DNA from: Chiloscyllium plagiosum
Lineage: Eukaryota
Length of the DNA stretch: 64,000 bases
Assembly (NCBI RefSeq): GCF_004010195.1
Contig: NC_057751.1
Coordinates: 6,580,863-6,644,862 of the forward strand
Reading direction: 5' to 3'
Every line of letters begins with the position of its first letter. Position 1 is the first letter of the stretch. Both the position numbers and the translations under genes were made by a program. Below the pieces are notes generated by a model. It made no database searches and was not told the origin of the DNA. It saw only the letters and a list, made by a program, of their open reading frames with translations. Below are positions 13,255 through 26,910 of the stretch, piece by piece.

Positions 13255-14605
13255 TATGGAGGTCAGTCATTTGAGCTAAAGAACATCCATGCAGGAGTTC
13301 CCCAGGGTAGAATTCTCGGCCCAACCATCTTTAGCTGCTTCATCAATGATTTTCCCTCCATCATAAGGTCAGAAGTGGGGTTGTTCGCTAATGATTGCAC
13401 AATGTTCAACACCATTCACAATTCCTCGGATACTGAAACAGCCCATGTTCAAATGCAACAAGATCCTGTCAATATCCAAGCTTGAGTTGACAAAAGGCAA
13501 ATAAGGTTTGCACCTCATTCATGCCAAGCAATAATCATCTTGAATAAAAGACAATCCAACACCATCCCTTCACATTCAATGGTATTGCCATCACTGAAGC
13601 CCCTACGATCAACATACTTGGAGTTACCATTGATCAGAAATTTTGCTGGAATCACCACATAGAACAGTGGCTACAACAGCATGTCAGAAACGAGGAATAC
13701 TGTGGTGAGTAACTCATCTCTTGAGTCCTAAACCCTGTCCTTCACGTACAAGACATAAGTAAGGAGTGTGATGGAATATTCCTCACTTGCCTGGATGGAT
13801 GCAGTTCCAACAACACTGAAGAATCCTGACACCATCCACAACAAAATAGCCAACTTCATTAGTACCACATCCACAAGCACCCATTCCCTCTACCATCAAT
13901 GCTCAAGAGGAGCTATCTGGACTATCTAAAAGTTGCATTGCACAAATTCACAAAAAGTCCTCAGGCAGAACCTTCCACACCCATGACCACTGGTGGGTGG
14001 CACGGTGGCACAGTGGTTAGCACTGCTGCCTCACAGCGCCTGAGACCCGGGTTCAATTCCCGCCTCAGGCGACTGACTGTGTGGAGTTTGCACGTTCTCC
14101 CCGTGTCTGCGTGGGTTTCCTCCGGGTGCTCCGGTTTCCTCCCACAGTCCAAAGATGTGCAGGTCAGGTGAATTGGCCATGCTAAATTGCCTGTAGTGTT
14201 AGGTAAGGGGTAAATGCAGGGGTATGGGTGGGTTGCGCTTCGGCGGGTCGGTGTGGACTTGTTGGGCCGAAGGGCCTGTTTCCACACTGTAATGTAATCT
14301 AATCTAATCTAATCTAATCTAATCACTTCCATCTATAAGGACAAGGGAAACAGATGCAGGGAAACACCATCACATGCAAGTTCTCCTCCAAGCCACTCAT
14401 CATTCTGACCCGGAAATATATCATCATTCTTTCACTGTCACTGGATCAGAATTCTGGAATTCTTTCCCGAACAATATTGTAGATCAACCTACAGTACATG
14501 AACTGCAGTGGTTCAAGAAGGCAGCAAACTGCCAACTCCTTGAGGACAACTTGAGTTAGGCAATCAATACTGGCCAACCAGGGACACTAACATCCCATGA
14601 ATGCA
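13255..14605 (+). mobile_element. Continuation of the CR1/L2-group LINE (RT core to 3' end), interrupted by an HE1 SINE
   Basis: 'AGVPQGRILGPTIFSCFINDFPSIIRSEVGLFANDCTMF' (PQG and degenerate YADD motifs), 'WNSFPNNIV...WFKKAA'. Ends 'catcccatgaatg'. Confidence 0.85.
13992..14323 (+). mobile_element. HE1-type tRNA-derived SINE (V-SINE), full length
   Basis: Box A TGGCACAGTGG at 14006-14016, box B GGTTCAATTCC at 14050-14060, V-domain-like 'gtggagtttgcacgttctccccgtgtctgcgtgggtttcctccggg', HER1-like 3' part and (TAATC)n tail. Confidence 0.93.
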
Positions 14606-15234
14606 TCAAAATAAAATCCGATTTTGGGCTGGCAGTCGGCATGTAACATTTGTGCCACTCAAATACCAGACATAGAGGAGATGTCTATCTCCCTGTGCTA
14701 TTACAGTCCTTCTACAAATGGTGATTCCAGAATGGTATCAGATAGCAAAGACCAACGCTATTTTTCTGCAGACAAGGAACAGCACTCTAAAGTCAAAGTG
14801 ACCATGTGGTGAGGGGAATTGTAGAAGGTTTTCTATAACATTTTGACCCTCATCCTTTGTAATGTGAGGTCACGGAGTAGAGAGTTGCCTCTGCACATCT
14901 TGTTGATTATACATAGTCTGGTGAACAGTTGATGGGGTGAACCTGTCACTTTATGTCACTGGGCTACGTCAGCATCACTCTTCCAGCATCCACAAGTAGC
15001 TTTCTTGGCAAAGACACAGCTTGTGCTTTCAGTGAATGGTCATGTCTGAAAGTCAAAGGGGAACTGTCCATAGTGGAGTAAAGGAGTTTATTGTCAGTCT
15101 GGGGATGGTGCCACAGTCACTTTCAGACCTTATCTGATTGCAGTGTCCAGGGCAGACTGCGACCAGGTTGGGAGGATGAATTTGGTGAGAACTGTTGAAT
15201 GGATGTGACACGTACACATGGTGGAAGTTGTGAT

Positions 15235-15323
15235 CCTAAAGACGGGTTACACCCAAAACGTTGACTTCTCCACCTCCTGATGCTGCCTGGCTTGCTGCGT
15301 TCTTCCAGCCTCCCGCTTGTCTA
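15235..15323 (+). mobile_element. Short PLE terminal fragment with degenerate hammerhead-like core
   Basis: 'ctaaaga-c-gggt-tac-accc-aaaac-gtt...gatgctgcctggcttgctgcgttcttccagc' has the same layout as the other PLE ends. Confidence 0.6.
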
Positions 15324-16599
15324 TCCATGAATTTTGGCGAGATTGGTGTGCAGTGGCAGAGCTTGAAAAATTAGTGACCCTCTGAGGGAGAGTTACCAGA
15401 GAGATGATGAAGGCACTTATGTTAGTGCCCTTGGTGTTCTTGAATTCCTGAACATTCCTTTGAACTCAGTGTACAGCACTGATCTGGGCCATTACCTGGC
15501 AAAGCTTCTTGTCATCTACTCAAATGCATTCTTTAGGTGACAATTTTTGTTTTCTAATTCTGTAGTGAAGCACCTTAGGACATTTTACTGCCATAAAATT
15601 GCTACCCAAATACTGTTGAAGGATGTTTTCAGACCTGCGGCGTTCTGAATCCACATATGATTGAAATTACTTCCTTTCTGTCTCTCTTGTCTTTGTTTGA
15701 ACTCTTGAGCCTTTCAGACATGGCTCATGACCTTTGAATAAATTGTTTGATCTACAGATTATTTTGCCTTTTATTCGTTCCTATTTGTGCAAGGGCAGCA
15801 TTGATTGAGCAGAATAAAACTGGCAGAGTGAGGGCGACAGATTGCGAATAAGCATGCATTTTCTAAGGCTTAGGTATTGTGTTTATGAAGGGCAATAAGA
15901 TGGACCGACCTATGGTAGAATTAATGGCAAGATATTTTGATACGATTTTATACATATATATATTTTAAAAATCCATAAATAATTTCATATCTCCATATTC
16001 ACAATAAACTTTTCAGAGTTATGAATGATTGTCATTTTGCCCTGTTATCTGCTATACTGGCTTGAGTTACCTCTCTTCTAATTCCTTAATTTTTAGGTTA
16101 TCAATGGTACCATTGATAAATTCTGTGGCAACATTAAGCCTCACCTCCTTCTGCCTTTTGTCCATGTTATGAATATTATATGTCAAACAGATTCACAATC
16201 ACAGTGCACATAATTTGATTGTGTTTATGCTCAGTGATGGCATTGGGCAAAGTTACAATTTCATTAGAATCCTGTCCCTCCAGCTGAAATTAAGTAAACA
16301 CGGTTTTTAAAAATATGCAAATAAAATTCCCAAATATTGCCGTAAAATGAGATTTAGCAGGAAGAAATTAATTTAAACTAATTTCCAATTTCAGGCATTT
16401 TGAATATATTATGTTCTCTCTGAAGAGCTCTTAAAAAGTTCATTTAACTTTAAAATATACCATTGTGTTCAAATGAACCTTGCAGGAACATTGTTTGAAA
16501 CTCAGCTGTGTTGAGTCGGGATCACATCGCTCCAGACTTGTTACCAATTTTGTCCAACATGAGCAGAAGATCTGAATTGTGAAGGTAGGATGCGGGTTA

Positions 16600-17620
16600 C
16601 TACCCTTGTAATTAAGTCAGAATTCCAGCAAGTATGGGACCAAGACCCAATTAACTGGGGAGTAAACGTGAGGATGGCCTGGATCATACCTGCCACAGAG
16701 ACAGATGTCTGTAGTATTTGGAGGGTAATCATCTCAGCTTGATGTTATACAGTTCTGAGGACCAACACTCTTGAACTGACTCATCAATGACCTTCCCTTC
16801 AATATGAAGCCAATAATGGGATGGTCCACTGATGTAGTCAGTGTTTAGATCCACTTGCAGTTTCTTATACAATGAAGCAGATCATGTAATAAAACCTGGA
16901 CAATACCCAGCTTGGGCTGATGCGTGACAAGTAAAAATGGTGGAATGTAATCACCACGCAGCATGCAGAATGAGAATCAATCAAAGAGAGCCAAGCAAGT
17001 GGCAGTACATTTGCCAAGTCACTCAATGTCAACAATTTGGGAGGAATATGATTCACACAAAAGAACTGAACCACTGCTCAAATGAGGCTTTTTTGAGAAA
17101 CTGAATATTCGACAGAACAAGGCTCCCTCTAGCATTTCTTCATGCTGGGCTCAAGTTCAGTATTTTTCCTTGAACGGTTTTAACTGCAGCAATATTCAAG
17201 AAGCTTGATATCAACCACAATCATGCAGTTCATTGGCTTGGCAGCTTATTCATCAATTTAAACATGCACTATTTCCACCATTGATGCAAAGCTGCCTGAG
17301 GCACCATCCACACTGCAGTGATTTACCAAGGCTCCTGAGGCAACGCCTCTCATTTTCATGACTTATGCCATCGAGAGGAACCAGCACGGTAAAAGCATGG
17401 AATCACCATCACCTACAAACTAAATGCTCTCCTGACTTTAACATCTGTCACTTGTCCTTCATAATTGTCGTGTCAGAATCTTGAAATTTCCTGCTGAATG
17501 ATGCTGTGTTGCACCTTAATCATGACACACTTCTTCAAGAAAGACATTCGTCACTGACTTAGCAGGATAATTAGAGGTGGGCCATAAATGCTGGCTTTGT
17601 CAGTGACTTCCATATCCCAT
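16600..17620 (+). mobile_element. Highly degenerate CR1/L2-group LINE 3' portion
   Basis: Segments 'tcatcaatgaccttccctt', 'cttgggctgatgcgtgacaagtaa' and 'gccataaatgctggctttgtcagtgac..catatcccat' parallel the 13255-14605 copy. Confidence 0.6.
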
Positions 17621-17742
17621 TATAATATATAAGAATATTATGAATCATCTCTAGTGATGAAATAGTGAAGTATTTCAAAGCTGCATCATGCCCCATCTCA
17701 AAAACTAAACCCATATTTCTATTGGATTTCAACTCATTTCGT

Positions 17743-17960
17743 CATAGAGTTTTATAGCACAGAAAGGGACTCTTTGGCCCAACCAGTTAGGCTGACCATA
17801 ATCCCAAACTAAACTGGTCCCACCTACCTATGCTAGGTCCATATCCCTCCAAGCATGTCTTCCCCTCTTACTTGTCTAATTGTCTTTGAAATGTTGTAAC
17901 TGTGCCTGCATGCACCACTTCCTCTGGAAGTTAATTCCACACCCACACCACTCTCTTCGT
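17743..17960 (-). mobile_element. CR1 3' tail fragment
   Basis: 'catagagttttatagcacagaaagggactctttggccc...ggtccatatccctccaag...caccacttcctctgg' is similar to the HER1 tail. Confidence 0.7.
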
Positions 17961-18949
17961 AAAAGGAAATTTCAGATTTCCAGTCTCTCCAGTCATTTGC
18001 TTTTACCTTAATTTGGTTGTTCATCTCACTGTCAATGCATTGGCCAGCACTTGCTCAACAGTTCGAGAATCATATTGAACAGTTGAGTTTTGTTTCGGGT
18101 TTTACAATCATGGACTGGTTGAGTACAAATTGTATTTTGCCTGTTGTGATCAACTTAAGGACGAGTTAAAATTGCAGTTGTCATTTTGTGGAGACAAAAC
18201 ATCCCCAGCAAACATAGAAAGTTTGGCACTATTGCAATGGTCAAATTTCGGAAGTATCATTTAAAAAAAATAAGCTGAGCGCAAAGCAATTAACATTCAA
18301 AGGCAGTATGTGCAGACAGCAAGAGATGCATTCATGAGCGAAAGACAGTCTAAATTCAAAAGAAGACTGTAATTACTAAAGCTTTACTTCTCAGAAGAAA
18401 AGTTCCTTTCAGAGCAGGTCATTGTATCTTTGATCCATTGACCTGTTATTCTGAGAGGAAATGGACAGAATATTGGAAATAATCCAAATTAATTGAGACG
18501 GGTGACTGTTGGAATGCTGAACAGCAAGACACTTCAAGTAAAAGTATCAAAAAATAATTAATGATACCAGATGAGTTCACAATGTGATGGATGCAAAGCA
18601 ATGTAAGTTGTAAGTTTTTTTATTCAAAACCTGACTATCGTAATTAATCATACTAATTTTTGCAAATATTGCTGTCCCTCCTTTTGCTTAGCTTTCATAC
18701 TTGTCGAGGAATGATTGAATAGAACACAGTAAAGAGATGGGAGGAAAATTAACGCTGTGCCACCTTGCCCTCAGCATTTTGAGGGACTGCATTATCTAAA
18801 TGTAATCATGAGCAAGAATATCATCAAGATTGTTTGTCCCTCTATAAGCAGTACAAGATTATGATGAGTTAAGATGGTCAATTGGAGTGGCAAATTCTGA
18901 AGCCACTACATCCAATTTCTTTGCCACTGTTGCCATTTGATATGCCCTA

Positions 18950-19310
18950 TCCTTTTTGTGGCTTTAGCAAGGCCAGTGTTTATTGGCCATTTCAAATTGC
19001 CAGCCATTTTCTTGAACGACAGTGAGCCATTTGGTGTAGGTTTACCCAAGGAGCTTTTAAGAAGTCAGTTCTAGGGTTATAACCCAGGGACAATAAAGGA
19101 GTGGCAATATGTTTCCAAGTCAGGACGGTGAGTGTCTTGGAGGGAAACTTGCAGGTGGTGATGTTCCCATTTATCTGCTGCCTTTGTCCTTTGAGATGGT
19201 AAAGTTCACGGATTTGGAGAATACTGTTGAAGGAAGCATCGCAAGTTTCCAACATATGACCTGTGTTTGGTACACAATGCTATTTATGTAGCTTGGTGGT
19301 GGATGGAGAA
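18950..19310 (-). mobile_element. CR1/L2-group LINE 3' end
   Basis: Reverse complement of the 14330-14600 tail ('gggaaacttgcaggtggtgatgttccca'). Confidence 0.65.
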
Positions 19311-19950
19311 AAAGAAGTCAGCTGTCAAAATACATAAAATGTTATAAATAGTTAAATTTTAGCGAATGTGGAAAAATCATCAGCAGGAATGTGATTCAAT
19401 GTAAAGTTTTCAAATTGCTGTTTTTCAGACTCTCTCTTTAATTTCTCGTAAAACGGAGGAGTAAAGAGAGTTCGGTCACTTGTTCTGAATTCTACCAAAA
19501 TAAACATGAGATGCTTGGTGGATAGAGAACAAACAGAGCCCAGGGTGATTAACTATGTGGAGGCTGCAGGATGTTCTCACCTGCAGACAATATGTAGAAC
19601 AGTCATGCACCTAATGAGTTGACTGTTCATCTCCAGGACTCACAGGGAGGTGTCAGCTTTAAAAATGGCTGTACTTAAAATGGACTGGAATGAGGAACTT
19701 AAAAGGTTGATAATTAGCATTTCTACCTGGATATCAGGCATGTGAGATTCATGTTGCCCCAGGGAGATGGACGTTGACAACAAACAGGTCCAGAGACGTT
19801 CTCGTATTGAAATACTGGGTTTTTTTTTTGAAAGGCACTAAACACACAGATAAAAATCAGTCTTCAACCATTTGAGAGACAAGACCATGAACTAGACGCA
19901 GCCATACCTGAACCCGAAACAGAAAATGTTGATTCTATTGTCAGAGTCAT

Positions 19951-20270
19951 GATTAGATTAGATTCCTTACAGTGTAGAAACAGGCCCTTCGGCACAACCA
20001 GTCCACACCGACCCCCCCGAAGAGCAACCCACCCAGACCCATTTCCCTCTGACTAATGCACCCAACACTATGAACAATATAGCATGGCCAATTCACCTGA
20101 CCTGCACATCTTTGGACTGTGGGAGGAAACCGGAGCACCCGGAGGAAACCCACGCAGACACGGGGAAAATATGCAAACTCCACACAGACAATCGCCTGAG
20201 GCTGGAATCAAACCTGGGACCCTGGTACTGTGAGGCAGCAGCGCTTACCACTGAGCCATTGTGCCGCCCC
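19951..20270 (-). mobile_element. HE1-type SINE, full length
   Basis: Reverse complement of the 13992 element: 'gattagattagatt' tail, 'ggaggaaacccacgcagacacgggga', head '...ccattgtgccgcccc'. Confidence 0.92.
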
Positions 20271-23049
20271 ATGGTGAGAGTTCACATATGGATTGAAGAA
20301 ATTCAATATTTTGAAGATTTGAAGGATGCATGAATATTTGCCTCACTTTGGGCAAGAGGGAAAGAAACACAACTTTAACCCTCCAAGTTAAAAACAATTC
20401 CAGTATTAGAAGTTAACCAGCTGAGAAGTGAAAAGGGAAACAAGTCCTCAAGAGCTCAGAGTAAATTGACACTGTTTATCTGAGATTAAACTGTTTCTTT
20501 ATGGGGTAGTGTCAAGTATGATGCTCGTGGAAGATGCTCAGTCTCGTTAAAATGGAAAGTAGAATATTTTGTTTGTAATTTTCCCATTGAAGCATGTTGC
20601 CTTCAGTTGTTTAACAGGAAAATACTTAAAACTTAAAAAGCTTGTTGTGAGATCCTTTCAGTCAGTCACTGGAAACATCCATGTTTTTCAACAAGTTGTC
20701 ATACTTTAAGAGATTTGTGATAATAGTTTTAACATTGCTCCATAGGCTCTCACACCTCTACAGAAATCATCCTCCCAGAGCACCCTCAATGCTCCCTCAC
20801 ATTAGAAGGTCAAGCACATGATAAATGGTACAATAAATAAAATGCTTTGGAACTTGTTAGAATGTAACCCAGTTTTCTCATGTTATTCATACCCTATCTC
20901 AGATAACAAAATGTTTATACGAGAGTGATCTATGCCTCTCGAGAGGTCAGGAATGTATCTTGGAAAGAAAGAAAAAGCAGAATCCGAAAGGGCCTGTATG
21001 ATGTGGGATATGGAAACAAATGTCGCAGAGTCACACGAGAAGTCTGACGAGACCCATCTCGACATTGGGAGCAGCACGCTGTAACGTTTAAGAAAGCTTT
21101 GAGCATCAAAGCAGAATTCCCAGTCAGTGCTGTGGCTTTGCAGAGACCAGTGCAGGTGTTAGCACTTGAGTGGGCATCAGTCAGAGTCTGGACATTTTTT
21201 GTCTGGGGCTGTCAGGTTAGATTGCTCACTCCATTGAAACCATCCAGAGAAATGAATGGGTAGTGGGGTTGGGGAGGGTGTGGGGAACTAAGGTGGCTGC
21301 AGCTGTGGAATTGGAGGCTGGGTGGGGGTAAGTTGAGGAAGCAGGATGATGATGGTGAAGGGGACACCTGTATTTGGTAGGCATGGATCCTGTAAAGTAT
21401 GGATGGGAATTGGGGCATGAGAGATGGTGGTCTATCAACAGTGGGGAACACACTGGCTTCAAGAGTGTGTGGCAATATGTGACCATCACTGGCCTGGTCA
21501 GTTCACGTGCCAGGAAGTGGGAAAGGAAAGATGAATAGATGTAGGCTCATGAAGATAGAAGATGGGGATCTGGGGGGGAGCAAAGCCTATCAAGTCATGA
21601 ACGTAGAGTCACAGAGTTATACATCATGGAGGGTTCACAGTAAGGGATATCAGGGAGGGATCTGCATGTTTTGTGCCTCACTGCTGGGAACTGAAAGTAC
21701 TCAATGGGCAAGAAATTGGTTCAAGCATGCCCAGAGGGCCTGAGGTAGGTATCTCCATCTGTGAAGGAGGGGTCTGCAAAACCCACCAGTATGAGGTTCA
21801 ATCAAGGACAAACACATGGCACACAGACCCATGCACCGTACAGGATACAGATCTGCAGGGTCCATAATTCCTGGCAACTTTAATGTATTGGCTCCTTGGG
21901 TGCTGCACACCCCCCAACCATCTCATTTAAACCAACACATTTGCATGCAGAGGCCACAGTAAGAATTGATATGTTCGACCATGAGAGGCAATGGTGCCAG
22001 TGAAACCCATTTCCCTGGATATACTTCATTCATCTTGCTTTGTCATGCTGCAGATGGCTGTTAACATAGACATCAATCCTTAGTACATCCTGGATGGACA
22101 TAAAGTTTGGCATTGTGTTGGTATCGCTCATTGCTACGGGTGAAGTGCAAAGACAAATCAGATTTATTCCAAAAGTGATACCTTAAAGTGCACCATCACA
22201 TACACTAATAAAGTGCCCTTCAAAAGATTTATCTGCTTTCTTTTGCTTCCATTATGTTTTGGAGTTGTCCAGTTTTTAAAGCTGGGGAGAGGAAGCCTAC
22301 TCAGCAGTGCAGACTGTTGGTCTTTGAAGGTTTGGTAGTCTCACCGGAGGAGGCATGTATGTCAGGACAGCTCAGACAAGCTGAGGGTTTTTTTTGCCAG
22401 AGGCAAGTGGAGCCTCCTCAGCTTCAATATCCTAGAATCAGAGCTGTGCAGCTCGTATGAAGGTTGGGGCTCCCTCCACCTCTGAACTGTCCCATGAAGA
22501 GGACTGTTCCTCCTCTGACCGTGTGCCTCCTGTCATTGCCTATTCATCGTCAGTGTGTTATTGAACTCTCAAATAAAGTCCTGGAGTCCTGATATTGAGT
22601 TGAACCGAGTGCAAACATGTAGATGTGGTGATGTTGGTGCTTTTCTGACATTGCTCCTGCCACCTTGCACATTCAAAGGGCAAAGGAGGATGGTGTCCAT
22701 GAGAGCAGAAGATATACATGGAGCACGCAGAGTATTGTGGTGATGGCCAATTTGAATGAAGGCCAGCACAAGCAATCGACAAGCTCCAATCCCTTGGTCT
22801 CAGCTTTGATTTACAAGTCAGGAATTTGACCTGTCTCATTTCTTGCCGAAGGAGAGGATAGTGGGAGGTGTATATAATTGAAGCAATTTGGGACATTAAT
22901 GAGATGAAGGTGTATGGATATAGGATAGTTGCCTCAGAATAACAAGACTCTGAACTCACCAATTGGTTAAAGTTTCCTCTGCGCTGCAATTTCAATGTTT
23001 TCATTCCCACTGTATTTTCTCAACTTGCTTGCCTTTACTACTTCAGGCA

Positions 23050-23290
23050 GGGGAAGATTTGACCCCTGGTCAGCTTTTGTAGATACTGTTCGTGGAATTA
23101 GTGTGATCAGGATACTATCAAAGCCCCTTTCCTTCAAATAGTGCACTGAAAGTTTTACATCCACTTGAAAAGGCATATCAGCCTGTTTGACATCTCAGTC
23201 ACAATAGAGACCAGGATTGTCAGCCGAAGTTTTGTGTTCTCAGAATGTGAGCCGACAATCTTCAAACTGGTCTTGCACAACACCACTGAG
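23050..23290 (-). mobile_element. Degenerate DeuSINE-like fragment
   Basis: 'cttcaaatagtgcactgaaagttttacatccacttga' is the reverse complement of the Deu-domain-like 'gtagatggaaaagattccagggcactattttga' at about 55230-55265. Confidence 0.45.
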
Positions 23291-23959
23291 AATGTGCGAG
23301 CCCATTTGGAGCATTCACTGTAAAAATAAACTCTGCAAAATTACTCCCTGGCGAATGTGAAAAGAACATGCAATTGGATCTAAGAGCTTTTGTGTATTTA
23401 AGATTATTATGGGCTTAATTCACACCCCAAAGTAAACTATCAATATTTAATATCATGCAGAGGAAACAGTGAAAAGCTTCAAACCTTCACTCTATTCTTC
23501 TGAGAAATTCATTTTATCATGATGTAGCTGTTGACAGAGCAGCTTGTTCAGCAATATTTAAAGTACTGGTGAGACAGATTGATTGCTCCATAATTTCTAG
23601 ATTAAACATGGTTCCGGACAGTTTCCAAGCAACACAACCTTTATTATGAAATTCCATGCTCTTTAATAGCATGCAAAACAGTCAGTTAAATAAGCATTTT
23701 GGGGCACCGTGAAATGTTCATCCACTCTGCCCTTTTGCTCGAGATACCCGCTGTGGTTATTTCCTGATAACTGGGAATGGCTTTGAGCTTGTGCTCCTTA
23801 TGCCAGTGAATTCACACTGTTAAGAAGTGTTGTGACCCTCTTATACACCTTACCTTCTCTCCCAAATTATAGGATTGCAAAAGACCATGGCCCATTGCTG
23901 TCACCATTAAATTAGCAAGACATGAAGTTAAATGATGAGAGATATATCTGTGGGACTTT

Positions 23960-24150
23960 GTAGGTCCACAAGAGGCAAGTCAGGACTGTGATGGAACATT
24001 TCATCTGAAAAATGGACTTCTGACTGTGGCAACATTCTCACAGTGCTGCACTGTACAATTAGGTCAGACACTGTGCTCAAAGGTTGGATGTGAACCCATA
24101 GTTATCTAACTCAAAGAAGTAAGAATACCAGGAATGAGCCCAAGCTGATC
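23960..24150 (-). mobile_element. Degenerate DeuSINE-like head fragment
   Basis: 'tcatctgaaaaatggac..ctgactgtggcaacattctc.cagtgctgcactg...tgtgctcaa...tgaacccata...tgagcc' resembles the reverse of the 55071 element's 5' half. Confidence 0.45.
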
Positions 24151-24249
24151 CACAGGAAAGAAAGCAAAGTAAACATTTCCTCCAGGGAGATTGTTACCTG
24201 TGTGGCTTTAACGTAAATTTCTCGACCTTTGGTCTGGGTTTGAGCCTTA

Positions 24250-25103
24250 ACATAATTTGTGGATGACACCAAAGTTAGTGGTACAGTGGTCAGTGAAGAA
24301 GGTATCTAACATTGCAAAGGGATCTTGATCAATTTGGCCAATGGAACAAGGAGTGGCAGATGAAACCTAATTTGGATACATTTTTGTAAGACTTATACAT
24401 TTAATTGGAGAGCATTATCCGACAGAGAGACCTAGAAGTTCAGGTGCATAGTTCTTTGAAAGATGCATCTCAGGAAGACAGGGTAGTAAAGAAGGCATTT
24501 GGCACGCTTGGCTTCGTTGCTCAGACCATTGAGTATAGAAGTTGAGACATCATGTTGTTTTTACAGGATGTTGATGAGGCTACTTTTGGAGAACTGTCTA
24601 CAGTTCTGGTCATCCTGCTATAGGAAGGATATGATTAAATTGGAGAGAGTGCAGAAAAGATTTACAAGAATGTTGTCGGGACTGCTGTACGATTTAAGTT
24701 GGAGGGAGAGGGTGGATAGGCTAGGACCTTTTTCACTGGAACATTGAAGATTGAGAGGTGACCTGACAAATGTTTATAAAATCATGACATAGACAAGGTG
24801 ATTAGCAAAGGTCTTTTCCCTCGGAGAGGGATATCTAAACTATAGGGCATATTTTTAAGGTGAAAGGAGACACATTTAAAAAGAACCTGAGGGGCAACAG
24901 AGGTTGGTTTGTATTTCAAATGAACTGCCAGAGGAAGTGGTCCAGTTATAATATTTAAAAGACATTTGGACAAGAATATGAATAGGAATGCTTGAGAAGT
25001 ATTTGAGCCAAATGCAAGCAAGTGTGATGAGTTTAGTTTGGGAATTGGTCGGTTTGGAAGAGTTGGACCAGAGGGTCTGTTTCTGTGCTGATGAATCTAT
25101 GAC
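24250..25103 (+). mobile_element. HER1/CR1 LINE 3' fragment
   Basis: 'tttgtggatgacaccaaa' (F.DDTK), 'LLENCLQFWSSCYRKDMIKLERVQKRFTRML', tail 'ctatgactc'. Confidence 0.88.
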
Positions 25104-26279
25104 TCGATATATATTAAATCAAATTTCATTCCATTCAGTGGTACAGACTGCAGATACACAAACCAGTTTTGGAAAAACTAGTCAACATATTTCACGACAG
25201 CTGCTGAAGAGATAGAAGCTGATTTGTGGTATGGAAGTATTCATCATATGATGTGGGAAATTTAAAGTGATGTATGTCCATTACACATCGCATAGTAAAT
25301 TCAAAATGTTGCTATTATGGGATTCACATTCCTCATGTTGGATTGAGTCTAGGGTCAGGAAATTCTGTGAACTTTTTTGTCTTAATAGAGATCAACTGTT
25401 TCTCAAGTATTTCTCAGAAAGTCATATGTTGAAGGCCAACTCCAATACCATTAGTTGGACTGACACCTCAGTGAGGTCAGCTTGAGGTAAAACATGAAAC
25501 CAAGCAACCATTTTGTGTAGACACTGAACTCATGGGGAAAAAATACCCAGGGAATTTGCCGTCTCCTGGCCCACATTTTTCATTGGCTTAAAGCATTAAA
25601 CGCTGCTCTATTTATTTATGGAATGGGAACAATTCTGTGTGATATGTTTGCCATAACATCAATTCTTGAACTCTGAAGTAATTCACTGTTTGCAAAGCAC
25701 TTTGGAGAAATGCAGAAGTGGAAGATTCTATTCTTTGGCTTGCAATCACTTCGCAATTGACGTCTGAATGTTGCAGAGCCAATAATGGAAATTGAGAAGG
25801 AAGGCAGTACAGTTTCAGAGTCTTCACTCAATTCCACTTCCATCAAATTTACTGATAATTACTTGTAACGATTGTAATCCTGTCCACCAATTGGTTGCTA
25901 ATCATGGTGCATTCAGAGCCATAATTGTCAGATGTGTTTTCAGAAACCATTTCAGCAAGGCTACATGGGGATAGAAGATAGCCTTGTCTTTGGGTCTTCA
26001 AAACATGATTAGGGCCAGTTATCTGTAATCCAATACTAGCTGATCAGACTGCTCATTTGACATCCAGCAGACTGATAAGCAAAAGGTTCAACCAATCAAA
26101 TGTTGGGAATACTTCAGCCATTGTTTTTACACCCTGAAGAAAACTATTCTCGAGCAGTGGATGACTTCCCACTCCTTACCAACAAAGAGTTAACCAGACT
26201 GTTTGCAATCTTGGTGTAACATTTTCATTATTGTACTACCAATAAGACTGCTCATACCCACCTGAGTAACAGCCTAATG

Positions 26280-26730
26280 TTGCCTGTCTCAGTTTATCAG
26301 CTGTGGAAACCTTCATTCATGTTTTTGATTCTCCAGTTTTGACTGTTCTAATGCATTCCTAGCCAATCTCCCACCATCTACCATCCAAAAACTCAAGATC
26401 ATCCAAAAGTCTTGTGTGTATCCTGATTTGCAGCAAGTTCTGTTCTCCTATCATCCCTGTGCTCACTGACCAATATTGACTTTCAGTACAGTAACTCTTG
26501 TCACTGTTTGCAAACCCCTCGATGGCCCTTCCCTATCTCTGTAATCTCCAAATTATTGTTGCTCCTTTAAATTCAGCCTCTCATGTATTCCCAGTTGTAA
26601 CTGCTCCACCAATGGCGGCTGTGCCTTCACTTGTCGGGGTCACAATCTCAAATCCCTTTTGTATATTTCTGTTCCACTCCACCCCAATTTCCAAACTAAA
26701 TACACTTTCTAAAGCAATGCATTTGACCAG
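26280..26730 (+). mobile_element. L2 LINE 3' region
   Basis: Reads like the L2 consensus ETLIHAFV.SRLDYSNA.LA.LP.ST..KL..IQ...PI.PVL.DL.WL ('gaaaccttcattcatgtttttg...tgactgttctaatgcattcctagcc...atcatccctgtgctcactgacc'). Confidence 0.75.
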
Positions 26731-26910
26731 GTGAATGGAGTGTACTGCACGTTGACCTGAAACAAACATTCAGAAATACGGATTCAAGTTTTCCATCCAA
26801 AATTAGCAACAATTGTCATTAAGTTTTCCTTGCTTTGACCAATATTGATTAATTGAGGTTTTCAACTATAAGACTCATTCAACAGAGTCAGCGAAGTTAT
26901 TGGTTTTGTC

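Noticed and set aside
13992..14070. tRNA gene
   Set aside because: The A and B boxes belong to the tRNA-derived head of the HE1 SINE, followed by SINE body and tail; no cloverleaf is evident.
21100..22900. GC-richer stretch with several short ORFs as possible exons or a Harbinger-like transposon remnant
   Set aside because: I could not identify any catalytic motif, TIR or splice structure. It is probably a decayed repeat but cannot be assigned from the sequence alone.
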